From: an uncultured bacterium
GTDB lineage: Bacteria > SAR324 > XYD2-FULL-50-16
Direction of reading: 5' to 3'
Length of the DNA: 64,000 nt
Assembly: GCA_965602905.1 (NCBI GenBank)
Contig: CBFCZY010000014.1
Span: forward strand, 10,227 to 74,226
Positions 8,601-18,766 of this stretch are shown in pieces. Both the position numbers and the translations under genes were made by a program. A model generated the notes under the pieces. That model saw only the letters and a program-made list of their open reading frames with translations. It did not search any database and had not been told where the DNA came from. Each line of letters starts with the position of its first letter. Positions within the stretch are counted from its first letter, which is position 1.

Positions 8601-11300
8601 CTACGCTGGTTGTTGGTCTTCACGCATATGGCAGCTTTTGTATTTTTTTCCTGAACCACAGTGGCAAAGGTCATTTCGACCAGGTAGATTCTGCTTGTGA
8701 ACAGGCATCTGCTTTGGCTCTGGAGGTGGCTCATTCAACTCTTTCATCACCTGCTGACTAGGGTTTGGAGCTGATTCATGAATCATTTCCATCGGTTGGT
8801 CGCTATGTTGAAAGTCAGCCGAAGGCTCAGCTACAATCTGCACATGGAAAAAGGCCTTGATACAATCAAGGTGAATTCTATCCATAAGGTCTTGGAACAA
8901 TTCAAAACCTTCTCTCTTATATTCTGTAAGAGGGTTTTTCTGGGCATAACCTCGCATGCCGATTCCTTCTTTCAGGTGATCCATGCTTAAAAGATGGTCT
9001 TTCCAAAGGTTATCGGTAATTTCTAAAAGCACACGCTTAAGCAAGATGTCTTTGACTTCGCCAAAGTGTTCTGCCTTTTTGTCGTAAGAGGCTTTAACTT
9101 CTTTCATCAACCAAGAAAACAAATCTGTGTCACTTGGGGCTTCCGAAAGGCTACTGGTATCCCAGCCAATTTTTTCGTCAAAAATCGAAAATAATTCGTT
9201 GTGTAGGCCGTCAATATCCCATTCATCTAGGTGCTTGTCATCGCAAAATTTTGCGATTAGAGCGTCTACCTTATCTTCCATCATGGTAATGAAAACTTCC
9301 TCGCCGTCTCCACCTAAGATGTCTCTTCTCTGCTTGTAAATCACCTCTCTTTGTCGGTTCATTACATCATCATATTCTAGTAGATGCTTTCTAATATCAA
9401 AGTGGTAGGCTTCAACCTTCTTCTGGCTATTTTCAATGGCCTTGCTGATTAAAACATGCTCAATGGCTTCGTCTTCATCAATATTCAACTTGCCCATGAG
9501 GTTCGCAATTCGTTCGCCACCGAAGATTCGTAAAAGATCATCTTCTAGACTCAAGAAAAACCTACTTTCACCGGCGTCACCTTGACGGCCTGCACGGCCA
9601 CGAAGTTGGTTATCCACACGTCTTGATTCGTTGCGCTCAGTGCCTAAGATGTACAAACCACCTGATTCTAATTCTTCGGTCCCAAGCTTAATATCTGTAC
9701 CACGGCCAGCCATGTTAGTCGCAATAGTTACTGCGCCAGCTCGGCCTGCACCTGTGATAATTTCAGCTTCTTTATCGTGGTGTTTTGCGTTTAATACTGT
9801 GTGGGGAACCCCTGCCTTCTTGATCATCTTACTCAAATGCTCACTAGATTCAATGGAGGCGGTACCGACCAATACAGGTTGTTTTTTCTCGTGTAGCTCT
9901 TTAACTTTACTTACAATAGCTCGGTCCTTAGCCGCTTTGGTTTTGTAAATAACGTCGGCTTGGTCTTTTCTCGCTAAGGAAACATTGGTCGGCATCACTA
10001 CCACACCAAGGCCATAAATCTTTCTAAATTCTTCCGCTTCTGTCTCGGCGGTACCTGTCATACCAGCCAATTTATCGTACTTTCTAAAGTAATTCTGGAA
10101 GGTAATGGAGGCTAAGGTTTGGTTTTCCTTTTCGATCTTTACATTTTCTTTCGCTTCTAAAGCTTGGTGAAGGCCTTCAGAAAAACGTCTGCCATCCATC
10201 AAGCGACCTGTGAACTCGTCAACAATAATCACCTTACCACCTTGCACAACATAATCAATGTCACGCTTAAAGATGTAATGGGCCTTTAGGGCTGAATTAA
10301 CATGGTGCAGTATCTCAATATTTTCAAAATCATAAAGGTTGTCAGACTGCATTAAGGATTTAACCCTAAGCTGCATTTTCTCAACCCCTTGGTCGGTAAG
10401 TTGGATGTTGCGGCTCTTTTCTTCTAAGGTAAAATCACCAGCAATGATCAAATTCAGATCTTCTTGAGTGGCAAGCCAAGCTTTGGCTTCTTCCACGTTC
10501 ATGTCGTGTTCTTTAGCAATCAGTTCTATACTAGGGTCATCAGAAACACGGTAGCCACGTACCAAACCGTAGAGTTCTTTGTTGATGATCAGGTAGTTTT
10601 CAGTGGAATCTTCGGCTGGGCCAGAGATAATCAAAGGCGTTCTCGCCTCATCAATCAAGATACTATCTACCTCATCGACAATTGCGAAGTGGTGCTCTCT
10701 TTGGGCGTAGTCTTCCAGATCGAATTTCATGTTGTCACGGAGGTAATCAAATCCAAATTCGTTATTGGTTCCGTAAGTAATGTCGCATCTGTAAGCTGCT
10801 CTTCTGTCAAAATCGTCAACAGAGTTGGTGATAACTCCCACGGTCATCCCAAGATAAGTGTAAACCTCACCCATCCAGTTTGCATCACGCTCGGCCAGAT
10901 AGTCGTTCACGGTAATTAGGTGTACACCCTTGCCAGTTAAGGCATTTAGGTAAAGGGGCAGGGTAGAGGTTAGGGTTTTACCTTCACCTGTTTTCATCTC
11001 TGCAATTTGACCCTTATGTAGCGCGATGCCACCGAGTAGCTGTACATCGAAGTGTCTTTGTTCCAAAGAGTTTTGGGCGGCACGCCTGACCAAAGCAAAG
11101 GCTTCAGGTAAAAGGCTGTCTAAAGATTCACCCTTTTGGTAGCGCTCTTTGTATTCTTCTGTCTTAGCCTTGCAATCGGCCTCGGTTAAATTTTCAAACT
11201 GTGGCTCTATCTCGTTGATTTTATTCACAAGGCTTAAGTATTTTTTAAGCTCTTTATCGCTGTGTGAACCAAAGAGTGTTTTTTTTAAATAACCGATCAT
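8601..11300 (-). CDS. secA: Preprotein translocase ATPase SecA
   Basis: Full-length SecA similarity: MKTGEGKT Walker A, DEVDSILIDEARTPLIISG, and the C-terminal SEC-C zinc motif CHCGSGKKYKSCH. Confidence 0.98.
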   Translation of the reverse strand: MIGYLKKTLFGSHSDKELKKYLSLVNKINEIEPQFENLTEADCKAKTEEYKERYQKGESLDSLLPEAFALVRRAAQNSLEQRHFDVQLLGGIALHKGQIAEMKTGEGKTLTSTLPLYLNALTGKGVHLITVNDYLAERDANWMGEVYTYLGMTVGVITNSVDDFDRRAAYRCDITYGTNNEFGFDYLRDNMKFDLEDYAQREHHFAIVDEVDSILIDEARTPLIISGPAEDSTENYLIINKELYGLVRGYRVSDDPSIELIAKEHDMNVEEAKAWLATQEDLNLIIAGDFTLEEKSRNIQLTDQGVEKMQLRVKSLMQSDNLYDFENIEILHHVNSALKAHYIFKRDIDYVVQGGKVIIVDEFTGRLMDGRRFSEGLHQALEAKENVKIEKENQTLASITFQNYFRKYDKLAGMTGTAETEAEEFRKIYGLGVVVMPTNVSLARKDQADVIYKTKAAKDRAIVSKVKELHEKKQPVLVGTASIESSEHLSKMIKKAGVPHTVLNAKHHDKEAEIITGAGRAGAVTIATNMAGRGTDIKLGTEELESGGLYILGTERNESRRVDNQLRGRAGRQGDAGESRFFLSLEDDLLRIFGGERIANLMGKLNIDEDEAIEHVLISKAIENSQKKVEAYHFDIRKHLLEYDDVMNRQREVIYKQRRDILGGDGEEVFITMMEDKVDALIAKFCDDKHLDEWDIDGLHNELFSIFDEKIGWDTSSLSEAPSDTDLFSWLMKEVKASYDKKAEHFGEVKDILLKRVLLEITDNLWKDHLLSMDHLKEGIGMRGYAQKNPLTEYKREGFELFQDLMDRIHLDCIKAFFHVQIVAEPSADFQHSDQPMEMIHESAPNPSQQVMKELNEPPPEPKQMPVHKQNLPGRNDLCHCGSGKKYKSCHMREDQQPA

Positions 11301-11444
11301 AAGTCGTTAGTAGTCGTGGGTTAACAATAATCCCTTTACTCTATCAAACCCCCACAAATTTGCAAAGGGGCTTTGGTTTTTGATGGTTTTTATTTAATGG
11401 GGTTCTTTTTAGCTCTTTTACAACACCTTAAAAAAAATCCACTA

Positions 11445-11831
11445 CTACTTTTTCTTGATGGTGATACAAAAGGTGCTCTTATCATGGGATGCTTCATAAT
11501 GACCATCACCTGTGTAGTTATCATTATTGATAAGAATTAATTTGGATTTTGCAACGCCCATAACAAAGTCTCCTTCCTCTTTAAAACACAAATCAACTTG
11601 CTCCCCTTGGAGCATCGTTGAAATCTGTAAAAAACCAGTGTAAATGGATTCTGATTTCAGAGGCTCTGATTCAGAGTAATATTTATAAAATATAGAATAT
11701 GTACTTAGGCCAACAAAGGGTTGCGGGACCTCAAAATTATATTCTACTCTTGCAAAAGAAACAGAGTTGATCACTTTTTCCTCATTCCACTGAGTAATTT
11801 TAAAACTTCCTAATAATTGAATGTCTTTCAT
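11445..11831 (-). CDS. Hypothetical protein (128 aa)
   Basis: Clean ORF with an AGGAG RBS upstream, divergent from the AraC-type regulator. No family recognised with confidence. Confidence 0.6.
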   Translation of the reverse strand: MKDIQLLGSFKITQWNEEKVINSVSFARVEYNFEVPQPFVGLSTYSIFYKYYSESEPLKSESIYTGFLQISTMLQGEQVDLCFKEEGDFVMGVAKSKLILINNDNYTGDGHYEASHDKSTFCITIKKK

Positions 11832-11905
11832 AATAAATCTCCTAAAACAATAAAGTTAATAGCAAAAGCGAAACTTTGATTGAATAAATACGACAAAGAG
11901 AGTCA

Positions 11906-12628
11906 ATGGCCAACGTTGTAATCCATCATCTGCAAAACCAAACAATTGAAACGGTTTCTGCAAAACAGTCTGAGCACTTTGAATATTTCTGGAAGGTTTC
12001 TTGGGATATTCCAAAGGGGCAGGAGCAAATACAAGAACTTCTGACCGAGCCTAAGGCGGATTTATTTATCGAACAGGAAAGTCAACATTGGCAACTTTCA
12101 CAAATTAGAACTGTTAAGTTTAAAATTAACCTCAAAGGCAAAAGCTCAGTTTTTGGGATCAAGTTACAGCCTGCAACTGAGTCAATCTTTTTGAACCAAC
12201 TCCTTTTACTTCCACTCATCGATTTCCAAAAAGACTTCAGCAAAAATGTCGCAATAATAGAGGAGTATTTACTCAAAACTCTGCCTGTTTGCTCGAAGGA
12301 AATGAAGCTGGTAAATAGCATCATTAAAGCAGTCAGCCAAAAACCTAGCCTCACATTGAGTCAAATCCAAGAGCAATTTAACTTAGACTCCCGAAAATTA
12401 CAGAGGCTTTTTCAAAAACACCTTGGCCTTAGGCTAAAATGGATTTTGTGTCGCTACCGAACCTTAGAGGCGATTCAGCAATCCAAAGTGAAAGAGTTTG
12501 GTTGGGCTGAGATTTCACAAAATTTAGGATACAGCGACCAAGCCCACTTTATTCGTGATTTCAAAAGAAACTGCGGCTTAACTCCACAAGAGTATTTTAA
12601 CCTATACCAGAAGGGATTGAGTACTTAG
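11906..12628 (+). CDS. AraC/XylS family transcriptional regulator
   Basis: C-terminal double-HTH signature ...ISQNLGYSDQAHFIRDFKRNCGLTPQEY. Confidence 0.85.
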   Translation: MANVVIHHLQNQTIETVSAKQSEHFEYFWKVSWDIPKGQEQIQELLTEPKADLFIEQESQHWQLSQIRTVKFKINLKGKSSVFGIKLQPATESIFLNQLLLLPLIDFQKDFSKNVAIIEEYLLKTLPVCSKEMKLVNSIIKAVSQKPSLTLSQIQEQFNLDSRKLQRLFQKHLGLRLKWILCRYRTLEAIQQSKVKEFGWAEISQNLGYSDQAHFIRDFKRNCGLTPQEYFNLYQKGLST

Positions 12629-12975
12629 AATTAAACTAGTGTAGCCTTTACTCAAACTATTTATGCTCTTCTTTCCCCAGATACTTCACGCATTTAATGT
12701 GATTCTGCCAAACATACTATCATATATATGGAAAAAATAACCCAGATTCAGAGTATCTTTAAACATTGATGCTCTCAAAAAGGGAGAGAAAGAAACCATA
12801 CTTTAGAATTTAGTGAAGAGTGAGTTTGCGAACATGGTCTAAAGTTCTAAACCCAAGGAAAAAAGCCTGCGGCTTTCGCCCTCATGCATAAGCCATAAAT
12901 GGCATAAGGAAACTTAATCGCTCTGCGATTAACGCTAATGCGAAAGGTTGGGGGAAGTTTCGCATTAAATAAAAT

Positions 12976-13005
12976 TTGACTTTTAAGGAATCTATCCTTT
13001 ATAAT
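12976..13005 (+). promoter_or_regulatory. Sigma-70-type promoter candidate for the 13046 operon
   Basis: TTGACT (12976-12981), 18-nt spacer, TATAAT (13000-13005), about 40 nt upstream of the ATG at 13046, which has an AGGAG RBS. Confidence 0.5.
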
Positions 13006-13045
13006 TAAGCAAAAATTTAGTTTAATCGATAGGAGATTTTTAAAA

Positions 13046-13420
13046 ATGACCATAACCTTAGTATCAACAGCAATTTTTGATTTAACCATTGCAGCAATCC
13101 ACCTTGGATTTTGGAAGTTATTTCACTGGCAGAGCCAATTGGAAAAATTGCACTTCATTAATAAAGGCGCCATGCAGGTAATGAATGTTGCCTTGATAAC
13201 CTTTTTTTCTATGATCGCCTACCTACTGCTTAGCTTCCCAGATGAAGTACTAACAACCAACTTGGGCCGTGCTTTACTGGGTGGGGTCGCCATCATGTGG
13301 GGGATTCGCACCTTGGGGCAAGTGGTGTTTTTTCCTAAAGAAAGTAAGCTTTCTTGGGCGCTCTTTGTGGTGTGTCTTGGCGGAACTTTTTTACATACAA
13401 TGCCCTTACTTGCGGCCTAA
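13046..13420 (+). CDS. Small integral membrane protein (about 4 TM)
   Basis: Good AGGAG RBS and a hydrophobic profile. First gene of a three-gene plus-strand unit. Confidence 0.65.
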   Translation: MTITLVSTAIFDLTIAAIHLGFWKLFHWQSQLEKLHFINKGAMQVMNVALITFFSMIAYLLLSFPDEVLTTNLGRALLGGVAIMWGIRTLGQVVFFPKESKLSWALFVVCLGGTFLHTMPLLAA

Positions 13421-13442
13421 ATAACTTAGACAGGAGAGAAAA

Positions 13443-14174
13443 ATGAAGATTTCAAAAAAAGAACAAGAAAAAGTAAGAGCTAAGATTATCGTGGCCTTTG
13501 TTTCTCTGGTTGGGGAAAAGGGGTTCCGCAAAACCACCATGGGCGGCGTTGCAAAAAAGGCGGACATTGGAGGCTCGACCATTTACAATTATTTTAAATC
13601 GAAAGACCAAATTCTATTTGCCCAAGTGAACACCATGCTTTTAGAGGCCATAACCACCTTTAATCAGGTCAAAGATCCTGAGAGTTACAACCTGCAAGAA
13701 CGCCTGCAACTCTACTTTGATATTGTTTTAGAGCGTTACGCCGAAGACAGAGAATTTATCATTGAAGCGAACGAGCAAATCAGCTTGACCCCCTTTTCTT
13801 TTGTTCGGGAAATCCAAGAGCTAAAAGACACCTTTGGTGGGCCGATCCACGACGCCCTAGAGGCCGCTATTAAATCAGGTGAGATCCCCAACCCGCCGAT
13901 GCAGTCCTTTATTGAATCTCTGATTGGCGACTATTTTTCAGGGCTAGTTTATTACTGGGCAAAGGATGATTCGAAAGACTATCTAAAGTCGGTGCAACTT
14001 TCTGACTTGAGTCTAAATTTTGGGGTGAGCCTGCTAAAAAGCGGGGCCTTAAACAAGGGGTTGGACCTATTACAGTTTCTATTTAAACGCCATCTAACCG
14101 ATTTTGCAGGGATGATGAACCATCTGAACTTGGGAGCCAGCCACGATTGCGATTGCCATAAGGGGAAAAAATGA
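13443..14174 (+). CDS. TetR family transcriptional regulator
   Basis: N-terminal HTH KIIVAFVSLVGEKGFRKTTMGGVAKKADIGGSTIYNYFKSKDQILF. Confidence 0.8.
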   Translation: MKISKKEQEKVRAKIIVAFVSLVGEKGFRKTTMGGVAKKADIGGSTIYNYFKSKDQILFAQVNTMLLEAITTFNQVKDPESYNLQERLQLYFDIVLERYAEDREFIIEANEQISLTPFSFVREIQELKDTFGGPIHDALEAAIKSGEIPNPPMQSFIESLIGDYFSGLVYYWAKDDSKDYLKSVQLSDLSLNFGVSLLKSGALNKGLDLLQFLFKRHLTDFAGMMNHLNLGASHDCDCHKGKK

Positions 14175-15445
14175 AGGGCACAAAAATCCCCAAATCAAAA
14201 CTCCACCGTGGCAGTAAGGTGGGCATGACGGCTATGGCCGTAGGGGTAAGTGAGGCCAAGCTGAGGTTAAAGCGGGGGCTCGGTATGGGGAGCCAGCTTG
14301 CAGAAGACACCACCAGAGAGGCCCAAGCGGAAAAGATTTTTAAAACCTTAGCTAGTTTACGTGGGAGCGCTCTCAAGGCGGCGCAGATCTTGGCTCAGGC
14401 TTCGGACTTCGTACCAGAACAGTACCAAAAGATTTTAGGCCAGTCTTACAACCAAGCGCCAGCGCTCAATCGAGCCATTGTCCGTAAGGTGTTTATGGCC
14501 GAATTGGGCAAAGCCCCTGAAGATTGTTTTGACGAATTTGACTCTCAGGCTTTTGCGGCAGCCAGCTTGGGGCAGGTGCACAATGCTACCTTTGGTGGGA
14601 AAAACTGGGCTGTGAAAATCCAATACCCCGGCATTGCAGATACCCTAGACGGTGATTTAAATCTGATTAAATCGCTTTTAAAACCCATGACCTCCTTGGA
14701 TAATTTGCAGCCTCTTTTAGACGAGGTTCATGAGCATTTTATTTTAGAGACAGACTATAAAAATGAGCTGCAAGAGCTGCTTTATTTTAAGGGGCAGCTT
14801 AAGGAATCCTTGGTTCAGATTGCAGAACCTTTGAGAGAATTTTCCACAGAGCGAATCTTAGTTACACAAAAATTAGAGGGCCTGCATTTAGATGACTGGC
14901 TGAAAACAGACCCCACCCAAGAACAGCGAAACCATATGGGGCAGCTTCTATTGGATATGTGGGAATATGGGGTGATGCATTTAGAGAGACTCCACGCCGA
15001 CCCCAACCCCGGGAATTTCTTATTTCTACCCGATGGCAGGCTCGGCCTGATTGATTTTGGCTGTGTTAAGCATTACCAGCCAGGATTTAAGGTTAAGTAC
15101 AGGGCCTTTTTAGAGGCGCTTCTTACAGAAGACCTTAAAAAAATCAGGCCTGCCTTAGCTGGCGTTGGTTTGGTTTACAAGGATGACCCTGAATCCAATG
15201 ATTTTTTGCTCGCTATGACGAAGTGGCACATCAAACCCTTAAAGCAGAAGACCTTTGATTTTAATAGTTACCATGGCTACATTAAGGAAGGTGCTTACTT
15301 GATGCATAAGTTGCACGACCATTGCCCCCAGATGAGCAAGGATTTTGTCTTTACCGATCGGACTTGGTTGGGCATTTATCGTATTTTAGAAACCATGGGA
15401 GCCACTGTGAGTATGGATATTAACCGTAAACTTCTTTGGTCTTAA
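14171..15445 (+). CDS. ABC1/UbiB(AarF)-family atypical protein kinase
   Basis: ABC1 signature FDSQAFAAASLGQVHNATF..WAVKIQYPGIADTLDGDLNLI and a kinase-like HADPNPGNFLF...DFG motif. Its start overlaps the TetR stop by 4 nt (ATGA). Confidence 0.85.
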   Translation: MKGTKIPKSKLHRGSKVGMTAMAVGVSEAKLRLKRGLGMGSQLAEDTTREAQAEKIFKTLASLRGSALKAAQILAQASDFVPEQYQKILGQSYNQAPALNRAIVRKVFMAELGKAPEDCFDEFDSQAFAAASLGQVHNATFGGKNWAVKIQYPGIADTLDGDLNLIKSLLKPMTSLDNLQPLLDEVHEHFILETDYKNELQELLYFKGQLKESLVQIAEPLREFSTERILVTQKLEGLHLDDWLKTDPTQEQRNHMGQLLLDMWEYGVMHLERLHADPNPGNFLFLPDGRLGLIDFGCVKHYQPGFKVKYRAFLEALLTEDLKKIRPALAGVGLVYKDDPESNDFLLAMTKWHIKPLKQKTFDFNSYHGYIKEGAYLMHKLHDHCPQMSKDFVFTDRTWLGIYRILETMGATVSMDINRKLLWS

Positions 15446-15507
15446 GGGAGGTAATGGTATTTAGTTGCCGAGGCTATAGTTTTTTGGGTCGCCCAAATAA
15501 CCTCGGT

Positions 15508-17319
15508 TTAGTCTTCTAGCAGAGCATTTTTCGCGGCGGCACCCATGATTTCATCGGCGAGGTCACGAGTGAGGTCGCCCATCGTATCTAGAGCAGCTTT
15601 CAGGGCCAAAGGGCTGTCGCCTTCTGCGCAGTCGGCAAGGACAATACGGTGCTCGGTCAGAGCTTTGAATTCTTCAGGGCTTAAGATCTCTTCTGTTTGT
15701 TTCCAGGCCTTTTTTAAGCCTGTCTCGATAAGCAAGGCCTTGGCTCTAAATTCTACTAAATTTCGATCACTAAAGTCGGCCTCGGCAAATTCAAAGGAGT
15801 CACGAATCATCTGGCTGACTTCGGAACGTTTTAAACCATGAGAAGGCACAACATCAATTTGGGCCTCTTTTCCTGAGCGTAATTCTTTAGCTGTTACTGT
15901 CAGCAAGCCACTGGCATCCACCATAAAAGTCACTTCAACCCGAGGCAGGCCTGCTGGCATGGGTGGAATGCCCTTTAAGGTAAACTGGCCCAGTTTACGG
16001 CAATCCTTAACAAATTCCCGCTCTCCCTGGAAGATACCTAAGACTATGCCCGTCTGGTTATCAACAGAGGTAGAAAATTCTTCCGTCACCTTGGCGGGGA
16101 TAGAAGCATTTTTCATGATCATTTTATTAAAGGCACCGCCCATGGTTTCCAGCCCTAAAGACAAGGGGATGACATCCATGAGTAAAAAGTCCCTAGCACC
16201 ACCGCTGAGCAAGTGGGCCTGCCTGCCTGCGCCTAAGGCGACAACTTGGTCGGGGTTGAGCCGAATATGAGGGTCGAGGCTAAAGTATTCACCGACCATT
16301 TTCCGCACTAAGGGGATGCGGCTGGAGCCACCGACTAAAACCACTTCTTTAATATCGCTGGGCTTTAGCTTAGCAGCCAGTAGGGCCTGCTGGATATGAT
16401 CTATGGTCTTTTGTACCACCGATAAGATAGCGGCATCAAATTCTTCTCGCTTTAGAGTAAACTGGATTTCACGGGCGCCAATTTGAGCGGTTTTTTTGAT
16501 TTCTAACTCAGTGGTCAATTCAATTTTAATCTCTTCGGCCAGCTTTTTTAAGCTTTGTAATTCTGTTGGATCGGGCTCAGTGAGCTCTAATTTTTTCTGG
16601 AGCATTTCCATGATCACAAAATCCAGATCGTCACCGCCCAAATGGGTATCACCGTGGGTAGAAAGCACTTTGAAAAGTTTGCCTTTAAGCTCTAAAATAG
16701 AGACATCAAAGGTCCCGCCACCAAAATCGTAGATGGCAACCTTACCTTCTGCCTTTTCCTCCAAACCATAGGCCAAAGCTGCGGCCGTTGGCTCGTTGAT
16801 GATGCGAATTACCTCTAAGCCAGCTAAATTTGCGGCGTCTCGGGTTGCTTGTCTTTGGCCATCATCAAAATAGGCAGGTACTGTAATTACAGCTTTTTTC
16901 ACTTCTGCTTTTTTACCGTCAGTACCTAAAACCTCTTCTGCCCGTTCCTTGATTTCTCTCAAGATTATAGCGCTCAATTCTTCTGGCGTTTTTTGGGCCT
17001 GCCCCAGAGTCAAGTTATCTTGGGATCCCTTTTGTACAGAGTAGGGTAAATGGCTAAGGTCATCTTGGATGTCGTCCAAGCCACGGCCCATAAAGCGTTT
17101 GAAACTGTAGAAGGTATTATTGGGGTTGGTCAGACGTTTGTTTAGAGCCTCTGTGCCAATTAGCAGATCTTCCCCTTCCAGGCCCACAACAGACGGTATG
17201 GCAGTGGTGGTTGCATCAGATTCCACAACTTCTAAACCACGCTCGCCAACGTAGGCGGCCATTGAGTTTGTTGTGCCTAGGTCAATGCCTATAACAATTT
17301 CTTTTAGAGCTTCGTTCAT
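15508..17319 (-). CDS. hscA: Fe-S cluster assembly Hsp70 chaperone HscA
   Basis: Hsp70 signatures ([32 protein letters not shown]) and its position after hscB in an isc operon. Confidence 0.95.
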   Translation of the reverse strand: MNEALKEIVIGIDLGTTNSMAAYVGERGLEVVESDATTTAIPSVVGLEGEDLLIGTEALNKRLTNPNNTFYSFKRFMGRGLDDIQDDLSHLPYSVQKGSQDNLTLGQAQKTPEELSAIILREIKERAEEVLGTDGKKAEVKKAVITVPAYFDDGQRQATRDAANLAGLEVIRIINEPTAAALAYGLEEKAEGKVAIYDFGGGTFDVSILELKGKLFKVLSTHGDTHLGGDDLDFVIMEMLQKKLELTEPDPTELQSLKKLAEEIKIELTTELEIKKTAQIGAREIQFTLKREEFDAAILSVVQKTIDHIQQALLAAKLKPSDIKEVVLVGGSSRIPLVRKMVGEYFSLDPHIRLNPDQVVALGAGRQAHLLSGGARDFLLMDVIPLSLGLETMGGAFNKMIMKNASIPAKVTEEFSTSVDNQTGIVLGIFQGEREFVKDCRKLGQFTLKGIPPMPAGLPRVEVTFMVDASGLLTVTAKELRSGKEAQIDVVPSHGLKRSEVSQMIRDSFEFAEADFSDRNLVEFRAKALLIETGLKKAWKQTEEILSPEEFKALTEHRIVLADCAEGDSPLALKAALDTMGDLTRDLADEIMGAAAKNALLED

Positions 17320-17984
17320 ACCGTCAATTCTCCAATCCTACTGGCTAGAGTGAGGATGTATTTAAGCTTTGCTAGCTCTTGTTCAATGGTGTCTATGATA
17401 TCTAAATCATTAGGATTTTTCATCAATTTTGGAAATTCGCCTGTCAAAAGAGCTTCACTATTTACCAAGTAGGTAATCACTTGGGTTTTGATCCCTTCCA
17501 TATCTGCCTCTGCTCTTTGCAGCTCGTCTAGGTCTTCTTGCAGATCAAACATCTTACAAATATATTCCTGTGGCGGGTGGCCCAAACGGACGGCATCTTT
17601 TTTCAGCAATCCAAGTAGATATTTTCCCCGTTCAAAGGGGTTCTCTAGGCAGTCTTTTGCTTGGTGGAGTAAGGCTGTATGGGCAAGACTGAGGTCTTTG
17701 TCTCTCTGGGCTGCTTGCTCAAAAAAGTCGGGGTGGAGGTTTAAGATCAACTCATCAAAAAAGTTATGGAGCGCGTCGAAGTCCACATCAAAACTCCGAG
17801 GGAGATTGAAGAGGGAAAAATAGTCGGCGTCGGTCTCTAACTGCTGGATGCGGTCGCAGGCGCTACAATAGAGACTCGATTGTAGAGTGCAATCACAGGA
17901 TTCACAGCAGGCATGATCATTATGTTCGTGAGAATGATCATGACTGTGTTTATGAGACTGCTGATGAGGTTGGTCTTGGCTCAT
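17316..17984 (-). CDS. hscB: Fe-S cluster co-chaperone HscB (J-type) with a His/Cys-rich N-terminal extension
   Basis: J-domain with HPD (NLHPDFF) plus a helical C-terminal domain. It overlaps hscA by 4 nt. The N-terminal ~45 aa is [26 protein letters not shown]...YCSAC. Confidence 0.85.
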   Translation of the reverse strand: MSQDQPHQQSHKHSHDHSHEHNDHACCESCDCTLQSSLYCSACDRIQQLETDADYFSLFNLPRSFDVDFDALHNFFDELILNLHPDFFEQAAQRDKDLSLAHTALLHQAKDCLENPFERGKYLLGLLKKDAVRLGHPPQEYICKMFDLQEDLDELQRAEADMEGIKTQVITYLVNSEALLTGEFPKLMKNPNDLDIIDTIEQELAKLKYILTLASRIGELTV

Positions 17985-18016
17985 GACTTTTCTGGTCTTA
18001 GGCTATAGGGTTAAGC

Positions 18017-18364
18017 TTAAATAAAGCTGGCCTCTTTTGGTGTAAAACTAGTTCCACAACCGCAGGCTGCATTGGCCAAGGGGTTTTCAAATTTAAAACC
18101 TCTGTCCATTAAGCCAGTATTAAAACTCACTTTGGTGCCATCAATATAGAGCAAAGATTTTTTGTCTACAAATACAGGGATCTCGCCAGAAATAAAGGTT
18201 TCGTCAAACTCGTCTGCCTTGTCGGCAAAGTCAAAAACATAGGTAAAGCCTGCGCAACCGCCGCCTTTGATACCTAAGCGTAAGCCTGTGCCTGCTGGTA
18301 GTTTATTATCAACAATTACACGCTTGATTTCTGAAATCGCACTTTCTTCTAAAGTCACAGCCAT
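18017..18364 (-). CDS. iscA: Iron-sulfur cluster insertion protein, IscA/HesB family
   Basis: HesB signature with GGGCAGF and a C-terminal ACGCGTSF. Confidence 0.9.
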   Translation of the reverse strand: MAVTLEESAISEIKRVIVDNKLPAGTGLRLGIKGGGCAGFTYVFDFADKADEFDETFISGEIPVFVDKKSLLYIDGTKVSFNTGLMDRGFKFENPLANAACGCGTSFTPKEASFI

Positions 18365-18374
18365 TTTAGTACTC

Positions 18375-18746
18375 CTATTTTCGATCTTGGTAGTTTTTCA
18401 CAGCAGCTTTAATTGCATCTTCTGCAAGTACAGAGCAGTGAATTTTAACGGGTGGCAAGTCTAACTCTTCAGCAATATCACTATTGGTGATGGCGCCTGC
18501 TTCTTCTAGGGTCTTTCCTTTAATCCATTCTGTGGCAAGGCTACTGCTGGCAATTGCGGAGCCACAACCGAAGGTTTTGAACTTAGCATCTACAATTTTA
18601 CCGTCTTCTACCTTAACTTGCAACTTCATAACGTCGCCGCATTCCGGTGCTCCAACAATGCCTGTGCCTACAGACTCATCGTCTTTATCAAAGCCGCCAA
18701 CATTTCGAGGCTGGCTGTAATGGTCAATTACTTTATCGCTGTACAT
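18375..18746 (-). CDS. iscU: Fe-S cluster scaffold protein IscU
   Basis: MYSDKVIDHYSQPRNVG...GAPECGDVMKLQ...FKTFGCGSAIASSS...HCSVLAEDAI. AAGGAG RBS upstream of ATG 18746, which is in frame with the longer track ORF. Confidence 0.95.
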   Translation of the reverse strand: MYSDKVIDHYSQPRNVGGFDKDDESVGTGIVGAPECGDVMKLQVKVEDGKIVDAKFKTFGCGSAIASSSLATEWIKGKTLEEAGAITNSDIAEELDLPPVKIHCSVLAEDAIKAAVKNYQDRK

Positions 18747-18766
18747 AATAGTCTCCTTTGTAAGGC

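Noticed and set aside
12847-13089. 80-aa minus-strand ORF
   Set aside because: It overlaps the promoter, RBS and start of the plus-strand membrane-protein gene and has no RBS of its own.
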